From Azolla caroliniana (taxonomy: Eukaryota; Plantae; Polypodiophyta): a stretch of 64,000 nucleotides of DNA. The notes under the pieces were generated by a model. That model was not told where the DNA came from and did no database searches. It saw only the letters and a program-made list of their open reading frames with translations. The stretch spans positions 15,860,122 to 15,924,121 of the forward strand of contig JBHGNT010000020.1 in NCBI GenBank assembly GCA_043228905.1. The letters are read 5' to 3'. This document shows positions 63,001-64,000 of the stretch, one piece after another. Position 1 is the stretch's first letter; each line of letters opens with the position of its first letter. The translations under genes and the position numbers were made by a program.

Positions 63001-64000
63001 TTAAATTCAATAAGATAGCTAGCTTTGTTAGCTTCGATTTGCATGTTTGATCACAAAAATCCATTATCACACGAGCCAGGTATGAACATTTTAATTTCGT
63101 CACGGGCTCTTCTCAAGTCCCTCCTCAAATTTGCTAATTTCTTCATGTCTCTCGACCTGAGTTTCAAAATCTTGATTTTTTAATTCCATACGATAGCTAG
63201 CGTTGTTAGCTTCGATTCGCATCTTTGAACACAAAAATCCGATATCACACGAGCCAGGTATGACCATTTTAATTTACTCACGGGCTCTTCTCAAGTCCCT
63301 CCTCAAATTGGCTAATTCCTTCATGTCTCTCGACCTGAGTTTCAAAATCTTGATTTTCTAATTTCATAGGATAGCTAGGGTTGTGAGCTTCGATTTGCAT
63401 GTTTGATCACAAAAATCCATTATCACACGAGCCAGGTATGACCATTTTAATTTACTCACGGGCTCTTGTCAACTCCCTCTTCAAATTTGCTAATTTCTTC
63501 ATGTCTCTTGACTTGAGTTTAAAAGTCTTGATTTCTTAATTCCATGTCATAGCTACGGTTGTGAGCTTCGATTCGCATGTTTGAACACAAAAATCCGATA
63601 TCACACGAGCCAGGTATGACCACTTTAATTTACTCACAGGCTCTTCTCAAGTCCCTCCTCAAATTGGCTAATTCCTTCATGTCTCTCGACCTGAGTTTCA
63701 AAATCTTGATTTTTTAATTCCATAAGATAGCTAGGGTTGTGAGCTTCGATTTGCATGTTTGATCACAAAAATCCATTATCACACGAGCCAGGTATGAACA
63801 TTTTAATTTACTCACGGGCTCTTTTCAACTCCCTCCTCAAATTTGCTAATTTCTTCATGTCTCTTGACCTGAGTTTCAAAATCTTGATTTTTTAATTCCA
63901 TGTCATAGCTAGGGTTGTGAGCTTCGATTCGTAACTTTGAACACAAAAATCCGATATCACACGAGCCAGGTATGACCATTTTAATTTACTCACGGGCTCT
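48087..64000. repeat. 178-bp satellite array, block 3 (~90 monomers), 6-mer and 19-mer higher-order repeats
   Basis: 1068-bp (6x178) periodicity (49142/50210/51278; 52808/53876/54944). Confidence 0.98.
52625..64000. repeat. 3370-bp (19-monomer, 19x178-12) higher-order repeat, three full copies plus a partial copy; start approximate
   Basis: ORFs 52808/56178/59548/62918, 55300/58670/62040 and 55660/59030/62400 are all offset by 3370; the copies are near-identical. Confidence 0.93.

Noticed and set aside
114-63103. Dozens of 60-90 aa ORFs (MSKL.., MLSSIR.., MFEHKNP..) on both strands of the satellite
   Set aside because: They are translations of the 178-bp monomer, which is not a multiple of 3. 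They appear or vanish with single SNPs such as ttttaaattc vs tttttaattc, and show no domain signal.

Overview
Eukaryotic, most likely plant (possibly bryophyte), heterochromatic or centromere-like DNA. About 52 kb is a head-to-tail 178-bp satellite array (1-1812, 8262-42499, 48087-64000) with regional variant domains and higher-order repeats of 4, 6, 8 and 19 monomers. Two related full-length Ty3/Gypsy chromoviruses interrupt it, both on the minus strand with 5-bp TSDs (1813-8261 and 42500-48086). Their organisation is gag / -1 frameshift / PR-RT-RH-IN-chromodomain. They lack a tRNA primer-binding site; instead the PBS is complementary to the LTR's own predicted transcript 5' end (Tf1-type self-priming), with a compensatory base change between the two copies. 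Element 1 has a 766-bp solo-LTR-like insertion in gag, and element 2 has lost the promoter core of its 5' LTR. The most unusual observation is that both the host LTRs and the apparently unrelated nested element carry a degenerate tRNA-like module, with Pol III A and B boxes at tRNA spacing, pointing toward the nearest element end. The many 60-70 aa ORFs in the satellite are artefacts.
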